Origin: Eledone cirrhosa
Lineage: Eukaryota
Reading direction: 5' to 3'
DNA: 64,000 nt
NCBI GenBank assembly: GCA_964016885.1
Contig: OZ024758.1
Span: 18,042,001-18,106,000, forward strand
The notes below the pieces were generated by a model that saw only the letters and a program-made list of their open reading frames with translations, did not search any database and was not told the origin of the DNA. The first letter of the stretch is position 1; each line of letters starts with the position of its first letter. The position numbers were made by a program, and so were the translations under genes. Below are positions 26,751-41,530 of the stretch, one piece after another.

Positions 26751-26924
26751 GTGAGGTTTTTTTTACAAAAAGAAAAATAACCGAGGTGTCCTACACGAGT
26801 GAAAGTATAAAGAAAAAGAGATGAAATCGAAAATGCAACTGAAGTCTTATTTTTTAAAAAAATATATATATTTATTTGGTTCCTTTACCGGTTTCGCAGT
26901 TATTCTGCTTTTCAAAAGGTTTCT
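26745..26924 (-). mobile_element. PLE-like terminal fragment between (TA)n tracts with decayed hammerhead (26882-26919)
   Basis: Minus strand ccuu-UUGAAAA-gcag(aauaa)cugc-GAAAC(cg)GUA-aagg: all three stems intact, palindromic ACCGGU stem III, two core substitutions relative to CUGAAGA. Confidence 0.65.
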
Positions 26925-26984
26925 ATATATATATATATATACGATTTTGTGTTTTTTACAATATCTAAAATTAATTGTATTTGT

Positions 26985-27123
<139 letters not shown>

Positions 27124-27135
27124 TATTTATGTATA

Positions 27136-27819
27136 CTAGCTAAACTACCCGTCCTTTGGACGGTTCAAGTAGCTTTCGATATAGCTCATTAGACTAAACA
27201 AAGTAAATTTGAATTCATAGGAGAAAAACGTACTTTATGTAAACATGAAAACCTTAGGCACTATTCCAGCGAAATAATTAATATGTGAGCTCGGTGTCTT
27301 TTTTGACAACAGTAAAAGCGCATCATGAAATAGAGAGGTGAATTGAAGAATAGACACTATTATGTACAAAGCATAAGATTGTAAAAGTTATGACATTACT
27401 TAATGTATGAACATCAAGCTTGAAACGAAAAATTATACAATGTCAAATCTATAACTTAACTTAGTAATCTGTTAGATATTGCTGGTTGTGAAATATACAA
27501 AATGATATTGTTAGTCTCAGGAAGTGTACCTTTTGTTTCAAGTATAAAGAGTAAATTAAAATCCGAATGGCTGAATTACGAAGGATATGTCTTGTCTTAC
27601 TTAAAGATAACTCATGTCTTACTTAATCACGACAATTCACACAAATAACCGAAACTTTTTTAATGTCTCCAAAGGCGCCAATGTCGATTTTTGAAAGCCT
27701 TTGTAAAAGTTTTGTAAAAAATTTCAAAGAAATCGCATGAATGGTTTAGAATATATGAGTTCTCATTAAAAATTGTCCACTCATACACATACAGAAAACT
27801 TCGTTTTTATATATATAGA
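27136..27819 (-). mobile_element. Non-autonomous Helitron
   Basis: Minus strand A|TCtatata...ccgtcc(aaa)ggacgg-gtagtttag-CTAG|T: 5' TC, 3' hairpin, CTAG end, AT target, no TSD. Confidence 0.88.
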
Positions 27820-27820
27820 T

Positions 27821-28006
27821 ATAGGAAATGAGTCAGGACCTCGACGGCTGAGCTCCGGCCGTTTCGACCAGGATATAAAGAACCTAGACATAATAGAAAC
27901 GGCCGGAGCTCAGCCGTCGGGGTCCTGACTCTTTTCCTATTACCCATTCTACTACCCTAAGTATTGAGTACTCTGGTGAATTATTGTCACCATGGTATCT
28001 TACCAT
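27821..28006 (+). mobile_element. Fold-back mini-element family A (hairpin 27821-27940 + tail 27941-28006)
   Basis: ataggaaa.gagtcaggacc.cgacggctgagctccggccgtttc mirrored; tail tacccattctactaccctaagtattgagtact matches reverse complement of 61208-61287. Confidence 0.88.
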
Positions 28007-28026
28007 AATCTCTTGGCTCGCTCTAC

Positions 28027-28130
<104 letters not shown>

Positions 28131-28233
28131 CAGACTAATTTGGATTGTATAGCTTTCTATCTCTTTCCACGTTATATATAATATATGTATATACATATAT
28201 TATGTATATGTATATACATATATATGTATATAC

Positions 28234-28280
<47 letters not shown>

Positions 28281-28295
28281 TATGTATTTACACAT

Positions 28296-28336
<41 letters not shown>

Positions 28337-28370
28337 CTCTTTTACCTGTTTCAGGCATCCGGCTGAGGCC

Positions 28371-28407
<37 letters not shown>

Positions 28408-28779
28408 TATACATTAGAGGGATGAAGCATACACATTAATCGAGTAGGTGAATCCATTAGCTTAACAATGGAGCCAATCAAATTTGAAACTAAAGGTGTT
28501 GTACGCATATAAATTATCTTGTTTATGAAGTTTTTTAAAATAATTTTCTGATACTTTCACGAGAATAAATGTCTAGACAAGCATCTATATCTTAAGAAAT
28601 ATTTATATATTGATGATAAAAATACTCTCAGAATTTTACTAAGCATCCGCTGTATTGGATTTGTGTCAATGTATTTCAGAAGATGACTTATGGCAGTTAT
28701 TTAAGTTTCATATGAACATGATTAACTCCTAATGAGTCGTGAGGGAAGTTTTATTCCCAAGATGTAATTCTCTTTAGAT

Positions 28780-29000
28780 TGACTATGTCAATTTATGATG
28801 CAGTGGTGATGTCATGTTCCGTAAACAAACTCTTCCATCAAATTTGCATACCGGCCCTGACAATATTTTCTCTAGATTTGATTAAACGATATAACGATCC
28901 CATGTTGCTAGACATCTATTAATATCATATAAATAAATTGAAGATTAACTTGGTAATTTACTGAAGGTCTTCAGACCTATTCAATAAAATTAAAATAAAA
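28780..29000 (+). pseudogene. Very decayed LINE RT remnant
   Basis: TGPDNI (~28848) and FRPI (~28970) are spaced like the GPD and YRPIS motifs. Confidence 0.3.
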
Positions 29001-29524
29001 TCGCATTGTTACAATTTATGATAAATAACACTATTCAATATAATTCCTTTCCCACAAGGTATGAAAAGAATTAATATTATGAAACAAAATCGATAATGAT
29101 GTAATTTAAATTAGACGGGTTTGGTCATAATGTTAAAGGTGATATACAGTTATATAACAATGGACGCATCTTCCACATTTCCTAAAGTAGTTTTTGTATG
29201 AGTCTTGTTAAACCTCACGTCATTATAACATTAGTATAATAAAATGAAACATATTTTGAATGGGCCAAAGTTTCTCCAGCTTCTACATAAACATACATAC
29301 ATAAAGGCAGGCATATATATATATGAAAAGCCACAAAACCTCCATCTCACCTCTACTCTTGAAAAGCATAAGAACTTTGAAACTAGTAAAGGAAACAATT
29401 AAATATTCTTAAAAAGACTTTAGGTGCATTTTCCATTTCCTTTCCTTATACTTTCATTCATGTAGGACATCTTGTGTTTTTTCATAAAAAAAACCCTCAT
29501 TTTTTGTGCATATAAATGTATATA

Positions 29525-29651
29525 TAACGAAGAAAGTGTGGTAAAGAACCAGGTGGACCATAACGCACCAGAGTTCTCGATACTATGAAATAGCTGTTCA
29601 GAAATAGCTGTCGAAATGGCCGGAGCTCAGCCGTCGGGGTCCTGACTCTTT

Positions 29652-29652
<1 letters not shown>
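29525..29652 (-). mobile_element. Family A mini-element, internally deleted
   Basis: taacgaagaaagtgtggtaaagaaccaggtggaccataacgcac...gtcgaaatggccggagctcagccgtcggggtcctgactc. Confidence 0.85.
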
Positions 29653-29723
<71 letters not shown>

Positions 29724-30922
29724 GATTGGCCCATATACTTTGGAGTTTCTTCAAAACAGGAACATGAGGCAATCATATTGCGGCCTGCAGTAAACATACA
29801 CGAGATATTAAATGAGACAACGATGGAAAGAGGTAATGAATATAAAATTAACAAATGGAAAAGAGATATGGCAACTAATTTGGTGAGAGGTATCTTTGAG
29901 AGATAATAATTTTAGAAGACAAAATTAATAAAATAAAAAATAAAGAAATCAAACCCCCACGGAAATTTTCATCTTCTTATTCTTCCCCTAATTATTCCTG
30001 GGAATTCTATCTTCATTTCCATTCACTGTAATTTCAACAATGGGAATGAAACATGAGGCGGATAGATGAATATTTCGTTGGAGTTAAGCAATCTGCAAAG
30101 AAAGACTTATGGTCACAGCTGCGCCTGAATAATTATATACTTATTGTTAGACATGTGTTAAAGTAGGAGTAGGATTGGAGAATTGCAAGTTTCCAATGAG
30201 GATTTTAATCATAATACAGAAAATGTAACAAACCAAAGAACTGTACTGCGTTTGTTCTAATAGCATGGTGTACTTATAACACAGCTGACATATTAATTAT
30301 ATCTTTCGACATGCACCTTATTCTGATATTAAATTACACTGCCAATTCTGTGTCATCGTACTGTTCATTTTGTACAGGTTTAACATATATTTCATAAGTA
30401 TAAATATGTAGAAACAAATTACGAACACATCCATGAAATTATTTAAATTTAAAACACCGGCTTTAATCCATATACAGCAAATATTCAAATATTAAATTAT
30501 ATTATGATTAACAGATGAACACATTGGTTCACTAATTTTAATTTATATAAATATTATGAGCATATTAAAATAGGAAGATTGATGTTATTATTTTAAATAA
30601 TGATAATGTCATATTTTATGTTTTATCAATTTGTATTCAAATACCAGATACTAAAATAAATGTTTTATTAATTAGCTACATAATCATAAGTCAAATGCAC
30701 AGTGTTGTGTTTATATAAACGAAAGCTCAATAAATCACAAGATTCAGCCCATTTCTCTTTTACATTATACGTTTGTAAATACAACGACTCATCTGTAAAT
30801 ATATCTTATTCAATCTGATTTAAAATTTCTTTATCTAGCTATCTACAACACTCTCTATCATACAATTACACACACGCACACACACACACACACAGATACA
30901 CACACACACACACACACAGACA

Positions 30923-31014
<92 letters not shown>

Positions 31015-31017
<3 letters not shown>

Positions 31018-31143
31018 CGAAGGAAGTGTGGTAAGGAACAAGTTGGACCATAACGCACCTAGATACCGGGTGATAGAAAAATAGTCAGGACCCGATGGTT
31101 GACGAAACGGTCGGAGCTCAGCTGTCGGGTTCCTGACTATTTT

Positions 31144-31148
<5 letters not shown>
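31015..31148 (-). mobile_element. Family A mini-element in (TA)n
   Basis: Tail taacgaaggaagtgtggtaagg... plus shortened hairpin atagtcaggacccga...tcgggttcctgactat. Confidence 0.88.
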
Positions 31149-31196
<48 letters not shown>

Positions 31197-31317
31197 AGGT
31201 GAGTTTTATTGTAGTACAATAAAGCAATGCAGATATCGGATAAGAAGCACTCTACAGTTTGTAGGTCTGGAGTATACATAATATAAGATCAAAAGATGGT
31301 TAAAGGAGTTCCATGTA

Positions 31318-31384
31318 TTTTATTATGCGCATTTCAAAAACAAACATCATCATGCAATAATATTTGTGTTTTCATCAGATAAAA
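31318..31384 (-). ncRNA. Minimal hammerhead ribozyme (left arm of family D)
   Basis: Mirror of 31504-31570. Confidence 0.75.
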
Positions 31385-31503
31385 TAGGAGAACATGATAT
31401 GAAGGCTAAAAAACACTTGTGGATAGTGCAGTTGATTTAAAACTGTTGATTTAAAACTGCACTATCCACAAGCGTTTTTTAGCCTTCATATCATGTTCTC
31501 CTG

Positions 31504-31570
31504 TTTTATCTGATGAAAACACAAATATTATTGCATGATGATGTTTGTTTTTGAAATGCGCATAATAAAA
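31504..31570 (+). ncRNA. Minimal hammerhead ribozyme (right arm of family D)
   Basis: uuuuau-CUGAUGA-[long AU/GU stem II]-GAAAU(gcgc)AUA-auaaaa; 6 bp stem I, palindromic AUGCGCAU stem III, NUH = AUA. Confidence 0.78.
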
Positions 31571-31703
31571 TACATGGAACTCCTTTAACCATCTTTTGAT
31601 CTTATATTATATATATATATATATATATATAAACGTATGATATATGTCTATATATATTTTGATATACACCACCTCGTAAACGCTGTAAATCTCCTAACCC
31701 AAT

Positions 31704-31734
<31 letters not shown>

Positions 31735-32159
31735 GATATATACATGTATTTTATACGCAAGTATAGACTTAGCACTTACCTGTCTGGTTAACATTTGAAA
31801 GAATCTCTTCTAGACACGTTTATAACTCTTATAGACATGAAATGTAGACTGTTAAAGTATACTATTATGTTTTCTAATTGATACACATTTGCGTGCATGA
31901 AAACTATTTGTATCTATCGCAGAATATTATATTCTTAACTTCCATTTGTCTGACTGTACCAATAAAACTGGTACCGAAGAATTTTAAGCGACATTTATAA
32001 ATATAAGCTAGCTTCGTAGGACAAATCTTCTAAAGACCTTACAGGGTATGTTATTTCAACTCTGATATATCTTCTTATTCATACATTATTGATGCTCAAT
32101 AACGCTGGATATATGAAAAGGAAATTGCAATATGACGATCCTATTTTTATATATCCTCT

Positions 32160-32640
32160 GGTTGAATAGGACACTAGAAATTTTTCTGGAATTATAAACA
32201 CTATAAAAACGTCAAAATGTAGAGAACATATGAAAGTTCTATGGATATAAATACAAATGTATATCTAGAAAATCAACTTAGTCGTAATGCAGTAAAATTC
32301 AGTTCAAAATTCATTTAAATCGGGACTATGTTTTCTTTTGGTTGAATTGTGCACTAGAAATATTGTTGGAATTATAAGCACTGCAAAAACGTTAAAATCT
32401 AGAGACCATATGGAAATTCTATATATCTAAATACAAACGTACATCTAGAAGACCAACTTAATCGTAATAGAGAGAAGATTCTGTTAAAACTTTAAATCTG
32501 GGCGATGTTTTAGTTGCATAGGGCACTAGAAAACCTTCGTGGAATTATAAAGACTGTAAATATGCTAAAGACTATAGAATGTATGGAATTCCTCTTGATC
32601 TGCAAATAGACATAGAGCTAGAAAACCAATTTAATCGTAA
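32160..32640. repeat. Diverged ~175-180 bp tandem repeat, three units
   Basis: cactagaaa..ggaattataa..act..aaa..ctagaa..caa.tta.tcgtaa recurs from ~32160, ~32340 and ~32512. Confidence 0.85.
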
Positions 32641-33229
32641 CACAGAATGGTAAATATTAGCGAAGTGGATATGAAGATAAACATAGATATATTCACCTAT
32701 TATACATAATAGTCTGCTCACATATAGACATTTAGAACTTCTCCAGTCTGATCCAAAGCGAGGGTCACATTGCTCTGATACAGAAATTAGTCTAAAGGAA
32801 CGGTAGGATGTTTTGTTGTTACCTCAGACGCAACAGATTGTATTGAACTAATTTTTCCAGTGCCTATTTATTGAAGAAAGGGATATAAATATAGACATAT
32901 ATCTGTCGGCCTTGAGCCTAAATCAAATACTAATACATACACATATAATCAAATGAAATGAATGCCTTACCCAAGTCACGTAAGTTGAATATATGTATCA
33001 AAAGTTTGTAAGTTATATCTATATCTGTCAAAGTTTCTCAAGCAAGTAGAATGCAAATCTGACCATTCCCATGTATCTAATTCACAAAATAATAATTCGA
33101 TATATATATTTATATATATTTATATATATTTATATATATATATATATATATGTGTGTGTATGTGTACATCTGTATCTATATATCTATCGAGATATATATC
33201 TATATCAATCAATATATATCTACGTAACT

Positions 33230-33330
<101 letters not shown>

Positions 33331-33755
33331 ATGTGAAGACAGTGGGAATTGTGTATGTACATGTGCAGTCGTGTATGTATACATATATTTACATATATTT
33401 GGATATGGAACTGGTGGAATAGTAGCTTATAGTTATCGTATATATGGCATTTGGAGTATTCTCAATGTATAATACTTCTTCTGAAGATGATGGATAGCCT
33501 GCCGACTAGGGTAGAGAAGAGCGGAAAGGAAAAAGACAATTTTATAGAAACAAATACAGAATATTTGAGTTTGACAAAGCAATGGCGTATAACCAACGTT
33601 AGGTATATGACTTGCAGTATGAGGAAAGTCGTGCACGAGACAAGATTTATAGACAAGTCATTGACACCGACCGATCTACGTATCCCAGGATTTTAACACA
33701 CACACAGACACACACAGACACACACACCGTCACCAACATACACACACACACACAC

Positions 33756-33850
<95 letters not shown>

Positions 33851-34000
33851 ATATATCTATCTATCTATGTTTATATATATATATATATTGCAACAATAAA
33901 ACGTTGACGGAATTTCACCAGTCCGACCGCCTGCCATTTTATTCAATATATATATATATACATATAAGTTTATGCATGCATGCATACACACACACATATT

Positions 34001-34132
<132 letters not shown>

Positions 34133-35083
34133 CATTATCTTCATTTTGCAAGGTAGCTACCATAGCTATGGCTCTAAGAGATATATTGTTTGGTTTCAAC
34201 TGAGATACGATTTGTCTCCGAGGAAATGTGCCCTGGCAGAATGTGAAAACTAAGCAATTAAGCAGGTTTAACCTTATGTGAGAATTTTTGGATTACCCAA
34301 CTAGACTAATTCACGTGCAAGGAATTGTAGATCTTCTGGATTTAAAAGTAGCCGTTGATAAGAGAAACACAGACAGCCGTGGGAATCGTAAAAGCTGAAG
34401 TGAACGGCCATTGTTTAGACAAGCAAAGCGCTATGGATAGATGGATGAATTCCACTATATATCTTGGTTAATCTCACCTCTTTATACAACCTCAGCGTAC
34501 ACTTGGGTCCAAAATAATATGATGGTTTGGAATAAGCTGGAGGTTGGACATTTGTTTAAAATTCTTATAAAGGGTCGGGTGGGGTGTAATTGATAATTGT
34601 ATAGTGTATGTTGGTAAATATGGGTTTTATTGTAATGTTATTCTTTTGTCATATATAGTTTTTTTAAAATGTAAAACAACATTTGTATTAGTTATTCCAG
34701 CTTCTGTATCAATATGGATCACTTACAATACACTTTCAATAGAGATAGATTAACAACATTTAATGAGAGGGTGGAAATATCTGAAATATTAACAAGTGTG
34801 GCGGTGGGTACGATTATCCAAGACCTGAGAGTAAGCGAACAAGTGCTGAAGGTTATATAAAATTCCCTTGATGATGTTTGATAACGTTCAGAATATTAAT
34901 CGTCATGAACTTCTTTCCATCTATAAGAATCAACTTGCATTTGAATGTAGAATATTTACACGGCATGTATTTCACTTACGAAACATACATTTTGTCTATT
35001 CATTGCACAATCAGCACTGGATTGGGTAAGTATATATTCTCTTTTTGGTCTTCAATATTTGAATCATTTAATTTTATATGTTT

Positions 35084-35445
35084 AGTATCGGTAGAGAGTC
35101 GGACACCATGCTTTGCAGCATCGCGTTACGACCCTTTACGGTCTGAGTTCAAATCCCGCCGATGTTAACTTTGCCTTTCATCCTTATGGGATCGATAAAA
35201 TAAAGCACCAGTAATGTACTGGGATCGATTTAATCGACTGTCCCCTCATCCTAAATTACTTGCCTTGTGCCTATAATAGAAATCATATTTTTGTTTTTTT
35301 TCTTTCCCCTCTTTTAATCCATTTTTTAATTACTTATCTCACTAGCTGTTTTTTATTACCAACTGTAAGGAGTACTCGATACTTCCTCGAGTCTGCCATG
35401 GTTTAGTAGCTCTATATGGACGTTTACATTGATTAAATAGATGAA
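35084..35445 (+). mobile_element. SINE family 1 (35084-35286) plus ~160 bp 3' extension shared with 45579-45932
   Basis: cccctcttttaatcc...tctcactagctgttttttattaccaactgtaa...ctgccatggttta.tagctctatatg follows both SINE copies. Confidence 0.85.
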
Positions 35446-36231
35446 TAAATAAATAGTCTATTATAATTCTATTCATATCATGCGAAATGTGAAATCGGTA
35501 GGAATCCGTGCAATATATTTGCCACTGATGTGGTTAATCAACATTTTGGTAGTAAAGTTTCATCTTTTCTTTCTGTGAAAGTTAACAATTGATAGGCTAC
35601 TGAACATCCTTTGCTGAATAAGTATATAATTATTCAATAGATAAATGTTTAAATGGATGTGAAGATTTAAGTGTCTACAGGGAAAGCTATGCAATGGCAT
35701 GAAAAATATTACTCTACATATTACAAGAAATCCTGGCAATATTCTTTGAATATGTAGTTTCATTTCATCCATAAATACTACAAATGAATACGAATTTCCG
35801 TAAATAAGCCACGCAATTCCCAGCAAATTCAGGTTAATAATTCATTCATTTTTATTCAAAAGCTGTAAGAAGGATACTGAAGCATGTTGCTTTACGGCTA
35901 TTATTTCAGGCTGTAGGCATTAAAGAAGATTCCTTCTTTCCTCTGTCATTTAAATGTTATTTACTTTATGTTTCTCTTGCAATGCAGTCCACTTTTATCT
36001 TCTAGCAATAGAGATAGATGATTTATACCATGATTATTTTCAATATGGTGGTTATATTCAAACGTGAAAATACGTCTGTGTAAATAGAAGGGGGACTATT
36101 CAATTTGATATTTGTCCTTTCATTTCCATTTCCAAGATTTCTTGCTTTTTCTTTATCTATCTAACCCCCTCTCTCTTTCTCTTTCTCTGTCTCTCTCTCC
36201 TTCTTTCGATCTCTGCAGCTTACTCATCCAC

Positions 36232-36427
<196 letters not shown>

Positions 36428-36479
36428 TAGAAATATATATATATATATATACACATATATATATGTATGTATTTATGTG

Positions 36480-36510
<31 letters not shown>

Positions 36511-36598
36511 ATATATAGATACATATCTGTATATATATATGTATATATACCCACACACATATATATATGTATATCTATATATATGTACGTATGTATAT

Positions 36599-36655
<57 letters not shown>

Positions 36656-36715
36656 TATATCTATATATATATGTATATGTATAAATATATACATATATAT
36701 ATATATATTTGTATT

Positions 36716-36800
<85 letters not shown>

Positions 36801-36929
36801 AAATACAAAGCATACGCTCACTCTTTTTCTCTCTACATCTGTCAAACGTAGGCACGAACTATTTTATCATACATAGACACACATACACATACACATACAC
36901 TCATACACACACACACTCACACACACATA

Positions 36930-37019
<90 letters not shown>

Positions 37020-37020
<1 letters not shown>

Positions 37021-37213
37021 GTTATTCCGGGTTGAATCGGAGGTAACCACAGTAAGTAAGGTACTCAATACATAGCAGAGTATAAAAGTTTTAATATAGA
37101 TGAGATTCTACAGGACTAGAACTGTTTCATTCATTAGAAATCATCAGGATGATGATTTCTAATGAATGAAACAGTTCTAGTCCTGTAGAATCTCATCTAT
37201 ATTAAAACTTATA
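37020..37213 (-). mobile_element. Fold-back mini-element family B (tail 37020-37080 + near-perfect hairpin 37086-37210)
   Basis: aagttttaatatagatgagattctacaggactagaactgtttcattcattagaaatcatca mirrored; minus strand 37111-37147 reads CUGAUGA-uuucuaaugaau-GAAAC-aguucua-GUC-cug; (TA)n on both sides. Confidence 0.92.
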
Positions 37214-37239
37214 TATATATATATATATATATATTTATA

Positions 37240-37300
37240 CCTAACCCATGCCAGCATGGAAAACGGATACTAAAAGGAGATGATGATGATGTTGATGATG
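37240..37300 (+). mobile_element. 3' tail of a SINE/LINE ending in (GAT)n
   Basis: aacccatgccagcatggaaaacgga...gatgatgat; related tail at ~57692-57714. Confidence 0.6.
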
Positions 37301-37943
37301 ATACAATTGTGTGTGTAGGTATATATATTTATATAAAGGTATAGATAAATATAAATATAAATATAAATATAAAGGTATAGATAAATATAAATATAAATAT
37401 AAATATAAAGGTATAGATAAATATTTAATAAATATATAAAGGTATATACATATATATATTTGCATACATTTCTGGCTGTATCTGCTTTGCGTATGCATAT
37501 ATTTTTTTAAATAATATATATCTACATGAGTTATATTTTCGTATATATCGTTTCTTTTTACCTTAGCATATTATTTTCACTGTCATTTGGTTATGACATT
37601 TATGTTCCTTTCTCCTGTTTCATTTAATATCTTTACACATTTCTGATGTTCGGTATTAACTCCCATTTTTGCTATCCAGTTTTCTATCTATATATATCTA
37701 TAAGTTTCTCTCTACATTTATCTTAACATGTCGAGTGTAACTCATTATGATCTGGATTCTTCTATTTCTTCAACTTATTTCTTTCGCACTCTGCCTCTTC
37801 TCTCTCTCTCTGTATATATATATATACAGACATGTGTATATATATACATATATATATATATATAAACACATATATATATATACACACTTATATTTATATT
37901 GATACACACACACACATATATATATATACATATATATATATGC

Positions 37944-38037
<94 letters not shown>

Positions 38038-38040
38038 ATG

Positions 38041-38072
<32 letters not shown>

Positions 38073-38203
38073 TATATACATACGCACACATATATATATA
38101 TATCCATATATATATATCCATATATATTTATATACATATATATATATATACATATATATACATACCCACACACACATATATATATATGTATATATATACA
38201 TAA

Positions 38204-38254
<51 letters not shown>

Positions 38255-38270
38255 CACACACACCCACATA

Positions 38271-38345
<75 letters not shown>

Positions 38346-38794
38346 ACATACACGTGTATATACATATATTTCTATCTTACTACATGACTATCTATCTATC
38401 TGGTTATCCCATATGCCTTTTGCTATCCCTTTCTCTCTTCTTATAACATTCCTTCACTTCAATTCTCTATCATCTTTTACACTCACTCTGCTTTCTCTTG
38501 TATTCAGAATCCTTTAGAATCATATTCTTGCTAAGTGAACATTTTACACATCGTTATTACAATAGTAAATGCAAGTCTGAATGAAAACGAAAAATATCAT
38601 TCATATAAACTGCGCTGTATTACAATAGAAGCAATATTCTCTATAGTGTTCAATGCTGATTTCCTATTGCTACATTGCTGTTGCAGAAAATATACCAGGA
38701 GTATGACAAATATATGAATAATTGTATAAATGAATATATAAATATATGAACAATATCATCGAAAAAGAAAATCATTTATTTGATGAAAGCAGAT

Positions 38795-38827
<33 letters not shown>

Positions 38828-38862
38828 GTAAGCGTATATGTATATATGTGTATATGTATATA

Positions 38863-38912
<50 letters not shown>

Positions 38913-38944
38913 TGTATATTTGTATATGTATATTTATATATATA

Positions 38945-39019
<75 letters not shown>

Positions 39020-39144
39020 ATATGTATATTTATATATATATATGTATATATGTGTGTATAGTTATGTATATATATATATATATATGTATGTATATATATA
39101 TATACATATATGTATATTTGTATATGTATATTTATATATATATA

Positions 39145-39203
<59 letters not shown>

Positions 39204-39475
39204 ATATGTATATTTATATATATATATGTATATATGTGTGTATAGTTATGTATATATATATATATATATATGTATGTATATATATATATAAGTGACGCAT
39301 CGGAGCACACAATATGAGCAAATTAAGAACAAACTATGATATCATGAGTCTTTTACTACATTCTTCCTATGATTTACAATATGTTCGTACTTCTACTAAC
39401 ATTTAAAATTCCTTCTTACATTACGGAAATACTTTGTAAAGTTCTCTTTACCACCATCACCATCATTACATCATT

Positions 39476-39508
<33 letters not shown>

Positions 39509-39963
39509 TTTATTATTTTCACCATCATGCTCATCATTAACAAAGTCGTAATAAACTCACTATTTTGTCCATTGGTATGTTTCTTTTTTAGAAATGCAAA
39601 TAGCTTTCATTTACATCCGAGTTGAATATGCCATTTTTCTTTCTTTGTTCACGATAACATGAATCTCTATTTGGTGGTGTTTGAGTTTGCGATGTTGCAA
39701 TTTCGATCTTGCGTTTTCTAATTCAATTGAGTTACATCAGCTTCGAAGATTTGTTTTCCGATTGTTGAATGAGAGGAAAATATGTTTGAGAAAATCACCT
39801 GCAAGTGTCTGAGCTTTCCCCTATTAGACGTACCCTTCAGGTGAGTCTCAGTGTGACGTAGCGCAACAAGTTAGGCTGTTTAAATTACACGTACTATATA
39901 CTACATCCGAGAGATTTCAAAACTGTTTTCTTGTAGTCAGTGAATATTAAATACTGAAATGTA

Positions 39964-40330
39964 ATTAGCAGTATCGGTAGAGGGTCAGACGCCATGCTTT
40001 GACGAAAAGTGTTATGGCCCTTTCTATTCTGAATTCAAATCCCGCCGAGGTTAACTTTGCCTTTCATCCTTACGGGGTCGATAAAATAAAGTATCACTAA
40101 TACATTGGGTAATTGCTGGCCTTGTGCCAACAGTAGAAACAGTTATATATCGCAGTATTAGTAGAGCGTCGGACGCCATGCTTTGCAGCATAGAGTTACG
40201 GCCCTTTATGGTCTGAGTTCAAATCGGGCCGAGGTAAACTTTGCCTTTCATCCTTACGGGGGTCAATAAAATAAAGTACCAGTAATAAACTGAATAATTG
40301 ATGGCCTTCTGCCAATAGTAGAAACAATTA
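39964..40330 (+). mobile_element. SINE family 1 dimer (39964-40144, 40152-40330)
   Basis: Two consecutive full units. Confidence 0.9.
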
Positions 40331-40399
40331 TATAAACGCATATGGTATTAGTTGGGATTTAACTTAGCAAACTTATTTTTTGATTTCACACTAACTTAA

Positions 40400-41245
40400 A
40401 TTATCATTGGTGTGTTCAAGCAATTGAGAGGTTGCTCTTGTCCCACATTTTCACACACGTATTTTAAATTTCTCCTGAATGCCTTTTGTACATTTGTATT
40501 TTATTAACAATTACGTTGTTTTCTAATTTCACTGTGAATAACTCTCTCAGTAAATCCAGGTAATCGATCGAGCAACTTGTCTAAGCATTTAACAACTTCA
40601 GCTTGGAGGTTGCAAGCAGCATTATACAGATGCTGTTTCATTGAACTCCTGTTCACTATCTATCTGATTGTAGGATGGTTTAATATATTTACAAAGGTTT
40701 CTTGGGCCACACATGAATCAGAATCTGAAGGTATAGTATGAGATTATAACTTATACAAACAGAGATAGTAGTTTTTTTATGATTCCTCCTTGTTTCAATA
40801 TATGCTGTTTGCAGTTTATTCAACACTTGGTTCATTATTACTGTCTCTACTCTTCACATGGCTAATATTCCCCAATCCTCATATGGGAACACTCTCAAAC
40901 CTTATCGTTATTTAATGTATGCTTTATGTATCCTTCTGAGAACTTAATGGCTGTTTTGATATGATAGTAATATTCACAGCCATATGAGAATTTTAAGCAT
41001 CTCATCTAAATAAAATGTGCTAATACATCGAGATTGTTTCTACAGAACTTTGCCCTCGGTGATCATGTGAGGCATTTTATCTAGAGGAATCTGATTTATT
41101 CGCCGATGGGAATCAACTGCCTAATATGTTTGTTGGCATAACAGGATGACATAATTATGTTTTCGAATATATATATATATATGTGTGTGTGTACATATAT
41201 ATGTACATATATATACATATATATATATATATGTACATATATATA

Positions 41246-41279
<34 letters not shown>

Positions 41280-41498
41280 TATACATATATATATATATGT
41301 GTATACACATATATATATATACGTATATATATATATATATGTGTACACATATATATATATACACACATATATATATATGTACAAACATATATATATATAC
41401 ACACATATATATATATATACGCACATACACACATATACACACACACACGCACACACATACACACACACACACATATACACACGCACACACGCACATAT

Positions 41499-41530
<32 letters not shown>

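Larger units (their letters stand above)
31193..31610 (-). mobile_element. Fold-back mini-element family D (tail 31193-31277; near-perfect ~155 bp arms 31278-31433 / 31452-31610)
   Basis: ataatataagatcaaaagatgg...ggatagtgcagtt mirrored with about two mismatches; (TA)n on both sides. Confidence 0.92.

Noticed and set aside
31775-31856. Minus-strand exon candidate with AG acceptor and GTAAGT donor
   Set aside because: All three frames contain stops; no supporting neighbouring exons.
40540-40640. DRLPGFTE resembling a nuclear-receptor ligand-binding motif
   Set aside because: Bounded by stops, no splice context, and lies downstream of an APE motif; better explained as a decayed LINE.
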